A stretch of DNA of 64,000 nucleotides from Lophium mytilinum (taxonomy: Eukaryota). The DNA lies in the NCBI GenBank assembly GCA_010093605.1, contig MU004196.1:1138606-1202605 (forward strand). The letters are read 5' to 3'. Position 1 is the first letter of the stretch. Each line of letters begins with the position of its first letter. Made by a program: the position numbers and the translations under genes. The notes under the pieces were generated by a model that searched no databases, was not told where the DNA came from, and saw only the letters and a list, made by a program, of their open reading frames with translations. Of this stretch, positions 1 through 12,897 are shown piece by piece.

Positions 1-627
1 CCGAAACACGCTCTCGTTCATGACTAGGGCCTGAGCAACCAAGCTGGGTTCAGTAAACTCGACATACGCGTACCTGCATACGCTCATTAGCGTTCCGAAC
101 TCTTTCTGCCAGACTCTTGCCAGGTAGCGAAAGACGATAATAACAAAAAACAAGATACAAGAAGGGTTGTAACACCCTCTCGCAAACTCAAATTAGAAAA
201 CCCGGCTCTAGGTAGTGGCAACTAACCCTTTAGGATGGCCGGTGAACTTGTCCAGCAGGATGGTCACCCGGTTGATGCTGCCGCAGCTCTGGAAGTGGGC
301 CTGGATCTCCTCAGGCGAGGCGCCGTAGTCGACGTTGCCAACGAAGACGCTGCGGGCGTCTACGTCCTCCTTGTTCTCGCGCAGGTCGTTCGCAGTCTGG
401 TCCAGGGTGTTCTGCATCTCGCGCAGCTTCGCGGCTTCTGCTTCCATCTCTTGCACACGCCGCTTCATCGCCGTGATCTCTTCCTGCTCATCGCTATCAG
501 CACTGGTGTCATGCGGCTGTCGTTGACGCCCGCCATCGGGGAGGGTGGTTCTTTCTACCTCATCGTTTCCTTCGTCATCGCGCACGTCTAGCTCCTCGGC
601 TTCGCGGTGGGGTTCTACGTCGGACAT
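1..627 (-). CDS. pab2: Nuclear poly(A)-binding protein (PABPN1/Pab2), 5' part; runs off the window start
   Basis: ATG at 627 (MSDVEPHRE). Acidic N-terminus, coiled coil ([23 protein letters not shown]) and RRM ([42 protein letters not shown]). Intron 226-74 (GTTAGT...CAG) joins to [24 protein letters not shown]. Confidence 0.93.
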
Positions 628-1059
628 GGCGCACCCGGTTCTTGTTTTATGCTCTTCAGAGTGAACTGGCGCAGCTGGAGTTAGCAGATGAATGTCGCAA
701 GGTGCGAGGCACGACGGAGAAGCACGCACGGGATGGCTCGGCGCCTGTAGTGATGGCGAGGGGTCCGCGCAACGTGAACAGCGCGTGTCGGAGTGGGCGC
801 GCAAGTACTGCTTGCGTGGGAGAAATATATAGTGTCGGGGTATGATGAGGCTCAAAAGCAGACGTCGAGTTGAAGCTCGCCGGCGCCACGCGAAGAGCCA
901 GGAAGCTCCCGGCGCACGGGCCATGGCCTTCTGCAGCCCTGCTAGCTCCCCGGACGCGTGTCTATAAAGTGAATGGCTGAGTTCACCCTGTACGACTTGG
1001 CATGTACTGCTCCGTGATTCAATACTCCGTAAACTCTCGGACGAGACACGAGAAGCATT

Positions 1060-1754
1060 ATGAGCGAAGGACAGCCTCTGCTGCAGACAACGCCGGGGAG
1101 ATCGCAGAACTACCATGCCGCAATCGCCAGAAGCCGCAGCACATTGAGGCGCTTCCTCACATCAAAAGCGGGCCATTACTCCATTCTCCTACTTGTTTCG
1201 CTCGATGTTTCTTGTATCTTCGCAGGTAAGAGGCGGCTCCCTGCACGTTCGAGCCTTCAAGTATTAACTTGTTTCACAAGACTTCATAATCAACATATTC
1301 ACATGCGAAACTCGAGGACCATCGTCTGGCGCCAGCACAGCCCTGGAGGCTCTGGGGATCATTAGCCTGGTCTTTTCGTGTCTATTTATGGTCGAATTGT
1401 TCGCCTCTGTCTGGGCCTTTGGCCCAAAGTATGACTTCCATTCTACGAAGTTTGCTTTTTATCAGTTGCTGACTAACAACCAGGTATTTCCAGTCAAAGT
1501 TCCACTGCTTTGATGCATTGATTATCGTTGCTGGTTTTATTGTCGATGTTCTTTTGCGTGGTGTTATTGAAGAAGTCGCGTCTCTAGTCGTCATCTTCCG
1601 TCTCTGGCGCGTGGTCAAGATCATTGAGGAGCTCAGTGTCGGCGCAGAAGAGCAGATGGAGCAGCTATATGAGCACGTTGCAGATCTTGAGAAGCAGAAC
1701 GGAGAGCTGAAGGAGGAGCTCCGGCGAGTCAAGGCGAGAGCACCTGATGAGTAG
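1060..1754 (+). CDS. Hv1: Voltage-gated proton channel Hv1 (voltage-sensor-only protein), 3 exons
   Basis: Introns 1226-1280 and 1429-1483 give a product with four TM helices, an S1 Asp ([12 protein letters not shown]), the S4 signature RLWRVVK (RxWRxxR/K) and a C-terminal coiled coil. No pore domain. Confidence 0.88.
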
Positions 1755-2063
1755 ACGGTGCGTAGGTAGTAATCAAAGTATTGGGACCCGAGTCTGGGAG
1801 TATTTCACTGCCGGAGGTAACAAGTGTCGCGCATTTTCATTATTCAGGAGCAAGTTTGATAGTGTCCCTTCCGAGCATGTTTATTCACGCACTATGCACC
1901 TCTCTAATGCTCGCTTAATCAAATTACCAAATCTGTTAAACCCAGGGGTATCCGAAGTTGTCATTCGCTCATTTTTTACGCCTTCGCTAATGCATCATGC
2001 TATCACGCTTTTGTGGGTTGTGGTACAAAGGGAAAGAAAGTGCAGATCGTGTCGCCTGCTCAT

Positions 2064-5000
2064 CTATATCAGCTGGCCTGCGACATTGCGGCCTACTTTG
2101 TAGAAGGCTTTGGTTCTCGGCAGTCGTCCGTTAATCTATAACAGGATTAGTAACAGCAGAGCAATGGCAGCTTCATCTCAACTTACGACTGTTCCATCTC
2201 TGAAAGCAAGCTGGTTTTCGTACACAATTGGTATGAAGTTTTTAGGAAGTCCGAGAAGCTTCTTGAGACCGTTACCATCCTCCTCGGCTTTCTCGCTTTC
2301 AGAGCTATTAACCTGATCATCTCCGTCAGAAAGCTCCTCGTCAGACTGCTTGTCGAACCGATCTTCTACCATGGAGCTGTGTGACGCTTTCACTATCACT
2401 CTCCTCGTTGACTCTATCTCAACATGAGGATTCGAGCGGTGGGTTCGTGCGAATGCTAGCTTCTTGCCAAATGTCGCCTTCCTGGACGGCCGCTGCTGAA
2501 TTTCCCTGATCTTGCGCGCTCTCTCCTCTGCATCCCAGGATACATACTCTGGGAAAGTGGTATTGAAGTCCTTCCCCACGATTGCTCGCTTTGGAGATAT
2601 TTTGGTGGTTGGAACGAAAAGCGGTCCAGAACGCGAACCTCGTTCGCCAGTGCTTTCTGTGGTGACTGGCGATGGCAAGGCCGCTCGCATATTGTCGCGT
2701 CCTCTACCGGAAGAGCGAGTAGATGGGTTCGGCGATACTAGGTTGGGATGAACGGCCTCGTGTCCCTCATCGGGTTTAGCGGCTAGCGGGTTATCAAGCT
2801 CCTCGGGGTGTTTCTCTGCGGGCACAGGCGGAGCGGCTGGTCTTTCCATAGGAGCGAGGTCTTCCTGATGGCCTCCAGAAGCCTGATCATCAAGAAACCT
2901 TGATTTATTTGATGTGCGATTTCTAGGAGAAGTTTCTGGTAAAGTCTCGAAGTCTTCGATGTCGCTGCTTGACTCAACCCAGTCCACTCCGTGGCGCATT
3001 CGTTCATCGCCGACTACTGAGGAATCCACCCGAATCTTGTACTTGCTCTCTTCCAGGGAGAGATAGAGCGCCGGAGAGACACTGTTTGATTCCCGAAGAG
3101 ATAGACAGCCTCTCAGATCGTCACCTGAAATCTCGTCCATAACCGTCTGTCCCCTCCTCATGTACTTGACTTTACGAGGCCACTCTCTGAGGTTTTTGCA
3201 GCCAAGGGCACTCGCCTCATTCTTGTCGATATAGCGCAAGGTCCTAATCTGGCAACGGCCATTGTCCAGCAGCTCAATCCGGTCAATCTTTCCCCAGGCT
3301 TCTCTTCCATCGCCATTTCCATCGGGATGAAGATATTTCACTTCACCATCAGTTGAGTAGCATACGTCTTTGAGATGAACAGTTCGAGCGCGGGATTGCA
3401 CATCAATGTCGCCATTAGGTGCCGGACCTTTACTCAACTTATAGACTCCGCGTGTGACTTGTTCCCAATGAGGGCCTCCTTGTGATGAAGCCAAAGGTGG
3501 GCGACGGCTGCTTGATATGCTGGGGTCGTGGACGACCCAAGAGAGACGCGAATATCTTGGTTGAGGGTCGCTTTCTCTCTCGTCTCTAGAACCTCCATTT
3601 TTGGACCCGAATGGAGATTGGCTCAGAGATGCTATTCCAAAAGCCTCAAGGCAGTTCGTCAGTTCTTGCTCACACATTCGCGCGATACCTCGAGTTGCAA
3701 ATCGCCATCGCATCTTCTCTCCCTCTTTATTGGAACCCAAGAAATGTTTGTGCTGAGTCAGGATGGGGCCCAGGGTTTTCTTTAAGTGCACTAGATCAGC
3801 TTGCTTGTGATATGGTAGAGTGTTGCAAAACCATTCCGCTATCTCTGCTGTCGTTGGATTTTCTTTCCCTCTAAATGCAAGAAGTGCGAGACCGATTATG
3901 TCTCTAATCTTCAGCCGGTCCTTGAACTGGTGTATGGGCGTCGATGGAGTGTATGCTGCAGCTTCGAGTCCCTCCGAGGTCTCAGATTCGGACTGAACCG
4001 CAGAATCCTCGAGCGGAGTACCTGTCTTCTCCGTTGGGACTTCAGACAATGGGGACAGCGACGATGAGCGATCTCTTTGGAAAACGCTCTCCACGTTAGG
4101 CCTCTCTTTCCGTTGACAAATACTAGAATCCGGCTCTGGCTGATCTAATTCCATAGGATCGTCCAATGAGCGGTTAGACGATTCCTCTGCGGGGTGCAGC
4201 GACAGGAGACTAGTTGGTCCGGGGGGTATCGTTGGCTGAGCCACTGCTGCCTCCGGTTCGACGATGGCAAGTTTGGTAGCATCGCCTGCGGCAATTGTTG
4301 CGATTTTGCACTTAGTACTATACTTCTTAGCATTAATAACATGTTGAGGACGTGATCGCTTACCACAGGGCTTTACTACCGGGAGCACGTGGAATCAACC
4401 CCTTGCAAAGCATACACCGAACGGCCTTTGCTTTTGATCTTGGAGCGGACTCGAGAGATTTGTTGAGGGGTTTTGATCTCTTCCTCTTTCCTGGCTTAAG
4501 TTGATTATATTCGGGTTCGTGGCTATTGCCCTCTGTTACCCCCTGGACTGTTGGGCTGCCCGCATCTAAGCTCGTGGTTGGAGAGTCCATGATTACGCCG
4601 CCGATGCATCCACTCGATGGAGAATCGATTTCCATAGATCCGTCGGTGAGCTCTTCCTCTGCCCGGGTCGGGATTACAGTGAGATCCTTACTTGATTGCT
4701 TACAAGGCATCTGACTCTCTTTGTCAACGGGCTTCGACATTGATCCTGAAGTAACGCTCTCCCGGAATACCACCTTAGTAGAGGGGGGGTCAACCAAAGG
4801 GTGGTAGTCTTGCTCGTTGGAGGTTTGGAGTTGAGCAGCCGAGTTGCCTCTCGACTTTTGCTCGCTTAAGTAGCCGTACTGGAGCTTATCTTTTTCAATT
4901 CCAGTCACGTCCGCAGCATTCACTTCGCCAATCTCAGATGCCCGCGATTCACCATTCTTTAGCGAGAATCTTCTTGTTAGCCATCGCTTGGTGATTGGAT

Positions 5001-8000
5001 CGCCTTCATCGCTCTCCAGAGCTTCATCGCTATCCGCGTAGCTAACATAGCCATCCGCCCTCACGTAGCCAACATAGCCATCCGCCCTCGCTGCTTCGTA
5101 GTCTTGGATGGCTCGTTCGTGCTCCGCTAGCAGATCTTTAAACCACGGCAGGTCGTGACGCTCGGCAGCGACCCGGTAAGCGTTCCAGAGATCCAAAGCT
5201 TTGTTGGATTTTGCACGGGGCCCAGCTTTGAGCTGTTTCTTGACGTCGACCATGTTTAAAGGTTGAAGGTCGGTGTTGTGTATCCACGAGCTGTTTGAAG
5301 TTTTCATTAGCACGAGCTTATTGAAAATTAGAGAATGCGGGCGCTTACAACTCATTAGTGCCTAAGAACATGATCGGGTACCGCCTGTCTTTAGCCCGTT
5401 TACCACCCTGCTGGTAGTCTTCTCTATATGTGCCGTCAATACGCTTCGCGCTTACTGGGCGCGTGGCTTTCATAGCCTCTGGGAGCATCTCTTCGTCGCA
5501 TATAATAGACGGCCAAGGAGAATGGCCTCGATACTTCGCAATCAGGCATTGGCCTGGCACCAAGCCATGCTGCAGCGCTGGAGATCTGACAGAAGCAGCA
5601 GCCTCAGCTGGGCCTTCATGGCTGAGCTCTGCACTGTTAGGTACAGTTAGAGACTCCAAAATCCTGTTAACGTCCTCGGTCGGCTTTGGGTCTAGCAACG
5701 AAGGTGTGCCATTGGTGGCGACAGCTACAGCTAGGACTTTAGGAGCGGCTTCTGCGCTGTCAGGTACCATGGTTGATTCCGCGCCATTGAGGGCTGGCGT
5801 CCGACTGTCAGTTCCAGAGCTGCGACTACCACGCACAGAAGGTGCAGACGTGCTATCCATAGCGACGAAGTCAATTGGGACCTGAACTCCACCCAATGCG
5901 CTGTTAGGTGCGATTGGTGGTTCCAATGAGTTGATCGGGTTCTTTTCCGGTACGGGATTTCGTAGACGAGAGTCCGCAAGGCTTTTACGTGCTGTAGTAT
6001 AAGGCGTGATGTCGGCAGGAGCAGCCTCCACCGGGTCCTCGGGGCCATTTGATAGGACGTTCGGTGAAGTTAGCTTTCCCGATGCACTCGACGAGTCCAG
6101 AGTACGATTGTCCTTGACTCTGCCCTTTTTCACGCAACGGTAACAACCCCAAGAGGATCTATCAATGCATTAGTATGCGGAAAATATATTACTCATGGAG
6201 AACATACGCTGGCTGGTTCTCATCCGGAGTCGGTCTTTGACAGGATTTATGAAATCTTCTGGGACAAAAATCGCACGGGCCCAATGGGTTGCGTGTGGTT
6301 GTATGGGTTTCTTTGCATTCGTGACATCTCATCTGGCGGGGCTTGGACGCCGTCGAGGAGTGTTCAGAGGGGGTAATGACGCTCGAACTGTCATCCTCTG
6401 GAAGAGTACGTGCAAGTTGAATAAGACTAGTTGGTATTGCGCTGCTGCGCGACATGGTTACACTCTTCTCCGCCGTCCCATTCATTCCCTTATCCCCTTG
6501 CACATCGCCATCTAAAATCTCCTCATTGATTGCAGTGCTTATTCGAGTTGCATTGTTGACAGCTATGAGGCTACTACTCCTGGGAAGTGTTGAACGTTCG
6601 CCGGCCTTTTCGAGAAGTGCACCTTGTCCCCAAGCAGAGCTGGATTCGGGGTTGTCTGTTCGAATTTCTGGGGCGTCTATTCCCGATGTTTCACGAGAGG
6701 CGGAAGACTCGATAGTGTCAGGAGTGGCATTGTTCTCGGAGTTTTCAAGTGAATGACGTAAGCTTGCGCTATGATTGTTCGGGGAGATTGAAGACATCCG
6801 ACGATTTCCATTCGCTCGGTCACTAGACGCAGTCTCGTGATCTTCCCGTGAAGAAGCCTTTGGCCCAGAAGCTAACCCGCTGAGTAGATTACGGATTGTC
6901 GGATCTTTTGGAATTAGATAGCTAGTTCCGCGAAGGAATGACTTTGGGCTTGACGAGTTTGGTAATGTGGAATCGGTCGATCTAACAGCATTTGCAACGT
7001 TTTCGGACTGTGACATACTTGTCTCAGGCTCCTTCAGGAACAGAGTCGTCTTGATTGTCATCCCCTTATCTAGGAGCCAGTCATGGCGGGATGAAAGGAA
7101 CGGTCTGCCGTGGTCCTGCTCCCGGTAGCAACTTTCCGCATCTTCATTTGTAGGAAATTTGACATAGAATCCGCGTCCTTCATCGACTTCGACGTCCGAT
7201 AGCTTATAGAACATCAGCCATTCCGCAATGAGCCTCGCATTGCGTTGTGTAGCATCTAGCTTGTTGAGCCTCGCAGATATGAAGATGTATGGAGGTCTTG
7301 GCGCTGAGTCCGTGGAGAGGAACTCGAAAGTACGGTTCCCATACGGCCGGGCTTCCATGTCCATGGTGTGTGTGAACAGGCTTCTGTGCTGGCATTCGTC
7401 CACGCAACGCTTCATTTCTTCTTGACCTCCTTTCGAATCTTTAAACATGATGAAGTATCCAGAGTCATCCGCCCGTACATCTCGCAAATCGTAGGCTTTT
7501 AAGCGCCCTTTTAGATGTTGGATTGTTGTCCCAAGCACCGGAACGGAATGACATGAGATGAAAATGTGAGGTTTCTGGCTGAGGGTTGGAAGAATGGGTA
7601 TTGCCTCGATAAGAGGGTGTGGTGGAGCCAGAACCCTCGGCCCTGTGGGGACATTTGGCGGGAGGCCGCTGGAGGCCACGGATGTGCTAACTATTGGCGT
7701 TCTCGGAGTTCTCTCTGTAGCACGCGACCTCTCTGTCTCTTGGGGGAAGCTACGGGGGTTGTTTAGAGCATTTATAGAGCTGTATGCTGTGCATATGGAG
7801 CTTTCTTCGCGAAATGCCTCTCTCAATATGTTCATATTAGACCTATATCCTTTAGCAGCGGCAATCGGAGACAGCATGCTAGGAGGCGAAGTCAGCCTCC
7901 GCTTTGGTGTGAGCGGACTACTTGAGTGAATAGTACGGCCAGGCTTTGCTCCGTTGACGGGTGAGATGTTCCGCTTTCGTTTGAGCGTGCTTTTCGAGTG

Positions 8001-8027
8001 TGGGGATTGGCGATGCACCGCTGGCAT
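2064..8027 (-). CDS. Large multidomain chromatin-associated protein (2x SET_assoc-like, PHD, PWWP, C4 Zn finger, forkhead-like, BAH-like); 5' end uncertain
   Basis: Four ORF-track ORFs join in frame via introns 6207-6159, 5348-5291, 4363-4318 and 2186-2136 (5760 nt, 1919 aa from ATG 8027). Splicing completes the PHD C4HC3 pattern, the PWWP TNEFSW motif and a CxxC..CxxC finger. The frame stays open to an AG at 8244, so upstream exons (candidate ATG 8830, MESPRRR) are likely. Confidence 0.8.
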
Positions 8028-9415
8028 GCGTGAGGGCTCTCGTCTGCCATTGCTGGATGTGACTTGGCCCCATTGGACTGCAGTCGGGTTTTCTGGTCTG
8101 AAGGCATTTGCTCGTCTGCGGTGTGAAGATACCGAAGTTGAGCGGGTCGAGCTATCATCGCTCCTGAGGTCTGGCCGGCTTGGGTTAGTTGTGTTTGGAT
8201 GGCTGGCGAGGCTACCATTACCAGACGACGTATGTTTGAAGGCCTAACGAGTCGGGTAAGCAGAGTCCCAACCTTATACTCTGAATAGAGGAGAAAAAGC
8301 AAATGTTCAGATCTTTTCAGTTTTTTGTTTAGTCATCAAGTCGCGATCTGGGAGGCTCCATGCTCTCATGCCATTTCTGTGTCGAGTGTCTCGGCTATAT
8401 GCGAGCTGTCGAGATTTCCGTCCTTAAAGCAGTGAGAATGTGGTACCCCACTGCCATTGGTGACGCCTCGTGGGAAGACTCAAGGGCCACTCCATAGGTG
8501 GGACCCTCTTGCGAGGCAAATATACTCCCAAAGCACTCAACCGCGCCTTCCAATCTGGAGGCGCGTGCCGAGTTTCAGAGAGCCTGCAAAGAAACCAGAA
8601 AGGTCGAAAGCAAACGAAGCTTCTTCGACGACAGGATACAGCGTGGCAAGAGAGTTGGGACCGTCACCAGACCACATGCGATATGACCTTTTACCATTGG
8701 TTCATCACGACGGGATATGGAGAAAGAAGAAACTCGGGCGACTGACATTGGATGCTTTCTGGTGAATTCGGACTGGCGAGGTTGATGATGGCTCGCCGGA
8801 GTGCAGAGCGCGGCGGCGAGGCGACTCCATGACTGGGGCCCTGCTGGAAGGATCAGTAGAGGGACGCAAGGGGAGTGGCAGGGAGGGAGATGACGGACCC
8901 AACACACCAGCCCTGGGACGGGCAGCCAAACCTAAAGGAGGGTGACGAGGTGAGTAATATGTGAAGGCCGCGAGCTATGTGGACGACTAGATCGCCAGCC
9001 CGCTAGCGCCCGTCGCGTCGAGGTGAGCACGGGCCGAGTCTTGCACGATCGCGTTTGAAGTGCGGCGAGACGGCAGCCCTGGCAGCGAGGTGTAGGAGCT
9101 AGATGTATGCCATGCTCTTCTATTGTGAGAGACAAGTGAGGAGCAGACTGAGGCAGCTGAAAACACGCTGCCGCTCAGAGCCACGCGACAGCGTACACCT
9201 GCAGGTGCTAAAAGAGCAAAAGCGTCGATCACTGTCGTTTGGGCATGGTGGGGCAGTTTATAGCCGACACCCTCGAATAAACGTCCCACGTCGTCAGGCC
9301 AAGGACGTCGCGTATTGAAAGTGCTGATACTCTCCCGTCACTGTCCTCCGTGCCCAAATCTGGAGGTTCCCTTCTGTCAAACCTCACCCCGTCTTCCTCG
9401 GCCTCTCGGGCGCTC

Positions 9416-12194
9416 ATGGACTTCCTGAAGTCTGCGGTGGCTTCGGCGATCTCGAAAGGGCCACCGTTTCCCTACTCCTTTGGCGATAGAGTAGACGTCG
9501 ACCAGTCCATCTGGACTTTGCACAACGGCACAAAGCGAGTATGGCTGCAACATCTTCCATTCTGACCGTATCTAATTCAGTCCGCGGCAGGAAGACAGCT
9601 CCAAGTGCAGCATATTCTCCTTCGATGTCACCGCCAACAAGTCCCGCCTGCCTCTGGCGCGCAATGCCCTCCGCAAGCTGCGCACGCTTCGACATCCTGG
9701 GGTCGTAAAAGTCCTCGACACCGTTGAGGTGCGTCCTACGATCTCGACCAGTCTTCGCTCAAGCTCAACATTCCACAGACAGAAACCTACATCTACATCG
9801 CGACCGAGCGTCTGACCCCACTAAGCTGGCACACGAGACGGAAAGCCCTGGCGGAGGAGACGATGAAATGGGGGTTGCATAATGTTGCTGTAAGCTGGCG
9901 ACACAAGCGGTGGTTTGGGTTGTTTCTAACAGGTACAATCGCAGAAAACCATAAAGTTCATCAACGCAGATGCGACATCTGTCCATGGCTGCATTCGCAC
10001 TTCCTCTATCTTTATGAGCGAGGGCGGGGAATGGAAGCTCGCGGGATTCGACGTGCTCAGCTCCATGAAGGACGACGACGCCATAATATATGTACGTATA
10101 CCCCTGAAGAGTCCAGATTGTCTCCTAATCTCAGTAGACTCATGGCAGCCTCATGCCCGACTCCGGACGGTATGCCTCTCCGGAGGTATCCAAAACCGGC
10201 TGGGAGGCGATTCGGCAAAATCCTGTGCACGCTGTTGATGCCTACGATTTTGGAATTTTAATATTTGAGGTTTTCAACGGCACCTCGATAGGTAACGAGC
10301 AAGTGGGGCAGACCAAAAACGTGCCGCCGAGTATGCATCAGAGCTACAAGCGGTTACTGAATGCGAACCCAAAGGCAAGATTAAGTGTGGGACAGTTTGT
10401 CGATCAGGGCAGGAGACACGGCGGCTTCTTCCAGACTCCCTTGATTCAGATCACCGAAGATATTGACAATCTTGGCCTCAAAGCTGATGCTGAACGAGAC
10501 GAGCTTCTCAGGTGAGGGACCTCAATCTTGCTATGCGACTTGTGGCTGACATGTGCTTTTCAGCCAGCTAGACGATGTAGCAGACGACTTCCCGGAAGAC
10601 TTCTTCAAGATGAAGGTTCTTCCAGAGTTGCTAAAGTCCGTCGAGTTTGGTGGTGGGGGCGCGAAGGTCTTTGGAGTGGTCATGAAGATCAGCTCCAAGC
10701 TTTCGGACGATGAGTACGATGCCCAGATTACCCCAGTCATCGTGAGGCTCTTCTCTAGCCCCGACCGGGCTATTCGGGTCTGCTTGCTGGACAATCTTCC
10801 CCTTATGATCGAGCATCTCCCGCAAAAGATCGTCAACGACAAGATCTTTCCTCAGATGGTAAATCTTCTATGCCACACTTTCCTGCACTATCGACCATAC
10901 TGACTCTGGGCTTGAAGGTAACAGGTTTTACGGATGTTGCACCTCTAGTTCGAGAACAGACCGTCAAGGCTGTTCTTACAATAGTACCGAAACTGTCTGA
11001 TCGAATTGTCAACGGCGAGCTGCTTCGATATCTTGCAAAAACGGCAAACGATGAGCAAGCAGGCATTCGAACGAATACTACAATCTGCCTGGGAAAAATC
11101 GCAAGAAATCTTGGCAACCATGTAAGTATATGCGGGGCAAAAGGTTTCTTGGGATTCTGACTGACTGGGCAGACCCGTACGAAAGTGCTCACTGCAGCTT
11201 TCGCGAGATCGTTAAGAGACCCTTTCGTACACGCTCGTAACGCATCCCTGATGGCATTAGCTGCCACATGTGACTTGTTCAGCGAGGAAGACTGCGCCAC
11301 AAAGCTTTTACCCGGAATCTGTCCGTCGCTAGTAGACAAGGAGAAGTATGTGACAGTTTCCGTTTTCTCATCAGCGTATCCTAATTGTTCAACAGGATCG
11401 TCCGAGACCAAGCCAACAAAACGTTTGACTTGTACCTCCAACGCATCCGCAAATATGGCCAAAGCCTTCCAGACACCGTTCTCCCGCCGCCCACAGCCGC
11501 TGGAGTCGCATCCACAAACGCGCCACGGATGGGAACGCCACAGCAGGATACCTCCTGGGCAGGATGGGCGATTTCGTCGTTCACCAAAAACCTTGCAACT
11601 GCTAGCGGGGAGATGCAATCAGGCACCAACGGCAACGGAGTTCCTGCTCCACAAGAGCGGCCATCGTCTGTGCCACCCACCACTTCGTCCAAAGCGAACA
11701 GAACACTTGGAACCAGCTCATTGCAACGCTCTCCTCTCACCAAAACTAACAGTAGCCTTGCGAATTCGTTCTCCGCGCCGTCTTCAGATGTCGCCGACAA
11801 CGACAACGACATCGAAACCGAAGACTTCAGCGCTGCCTGGGGCGACGAGGATGAAAACGCCGACGCCGACGTATCATCGGCATTTGACCCGTTCGCCGCC
11901 AAATCTACTCCAGCTGCCGCTCCAGTAAACTATGATGACGGCGGGGAGCCTGATTTCGCAGGCTGGCTAACGGCACAGTCAGCGGCAAAGAGCAAACCGA
12001 AGCATCCGCTGCCGAAGGGGCTAGCGAAGCCAACTAAGCCAACGACAACCCGGCCTGTGGTAGCTGGAAGGGCCAATACGACGGGGCACACAGCTACGAA
12101 CAAAGCATCTACGTTGCCGTCGAAACCTGCCCCTAAGAAAGTGGAGCAGAAAGCGGAGGTTGAGGACGAGGGGTGGGGTGATGCTTGGGATTGA
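9416..12194 (+). CDS. cex1: SCY1-like pseudokinase with HEAT repeats (Cex1/SCYL1 family), multi-exon
   Basis: MDFLKSAVASAISKGPPFPYSFG start, kinase-like N-terminus (ARNALRKLRTLRHPGVVKVLDT, WKLAGFD), HEAT region (DEQAGIRTNTTICLGKIA, RSLRDPFVHARNA) and low-complexity tail ending DEGWGDAWD. Canonical introns. Confidence 0.88.
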
Positions 12195-12897
12195 GCAGGG
12201 GCTTGAGGATTCTTGAACAAACTCTTACAGCCCCCTGAGACGGATGAGCTCGATAACGAGAGTCTAGAAACGTCGAGCTGGCCTCGCATACAATAATGTC
12301 GATGATGTGGTACTATATGAGATGAATTACTGCATGGCTAGCAGCTTCCGGATTGGTATGGCCTGTTCAAGCTTCAGTTGTAAATGTAAGAAGCTTAATC
12401 CAAGGACCGAGGGCACGGCGCTGGGGGCAACCGTCATCTTGCGTATACCCACGTAATATGATCGCATAGAAGACGATCGCGATATGTACAAATTGTTGGC
12501 TCGCAGGCCATAGCGTCTAAACATTGATGGACGTGAACGGTTATAGTACATGAGCATTAGGTCTGCTAGCTAGAAATTCTTGCTGTAGATGACTTCCAGG
12601 AACCAATATACGTGCTTACAGGGCTTTTGAAACTCTGAACATGATTGAGTCAAAGATCGAGGCAGGGGACATCATACTGTCTCAATACGTGCCAGCTAGA
12701 TCCCTCGTCTGATGTCGAGCAGGAGCTAAGGTGAAGCTCGAGCAGTAACATATGAGTGTTCCTAAACTTATTGTAGTGATCATTAAGTCACGTGAGAATA
12801 GTTTTGTGAGGTCATTCTTGAGCGGGCTCACTCCTAGTGAACATAGTTTCGCTATTCCGAAAGCCTTAGTATTATTTGAACTCGAACTTCTGCCGCA

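Noticed and set aside
628..1116. N-terminal extension of the 302-aa ORF upstream of pab2
   Set aside because: It has a non-ATG start, overlaps the divergent Hv1 gene and shows no family similarity before MSDVEPH. It is UTR/promoter sequence.
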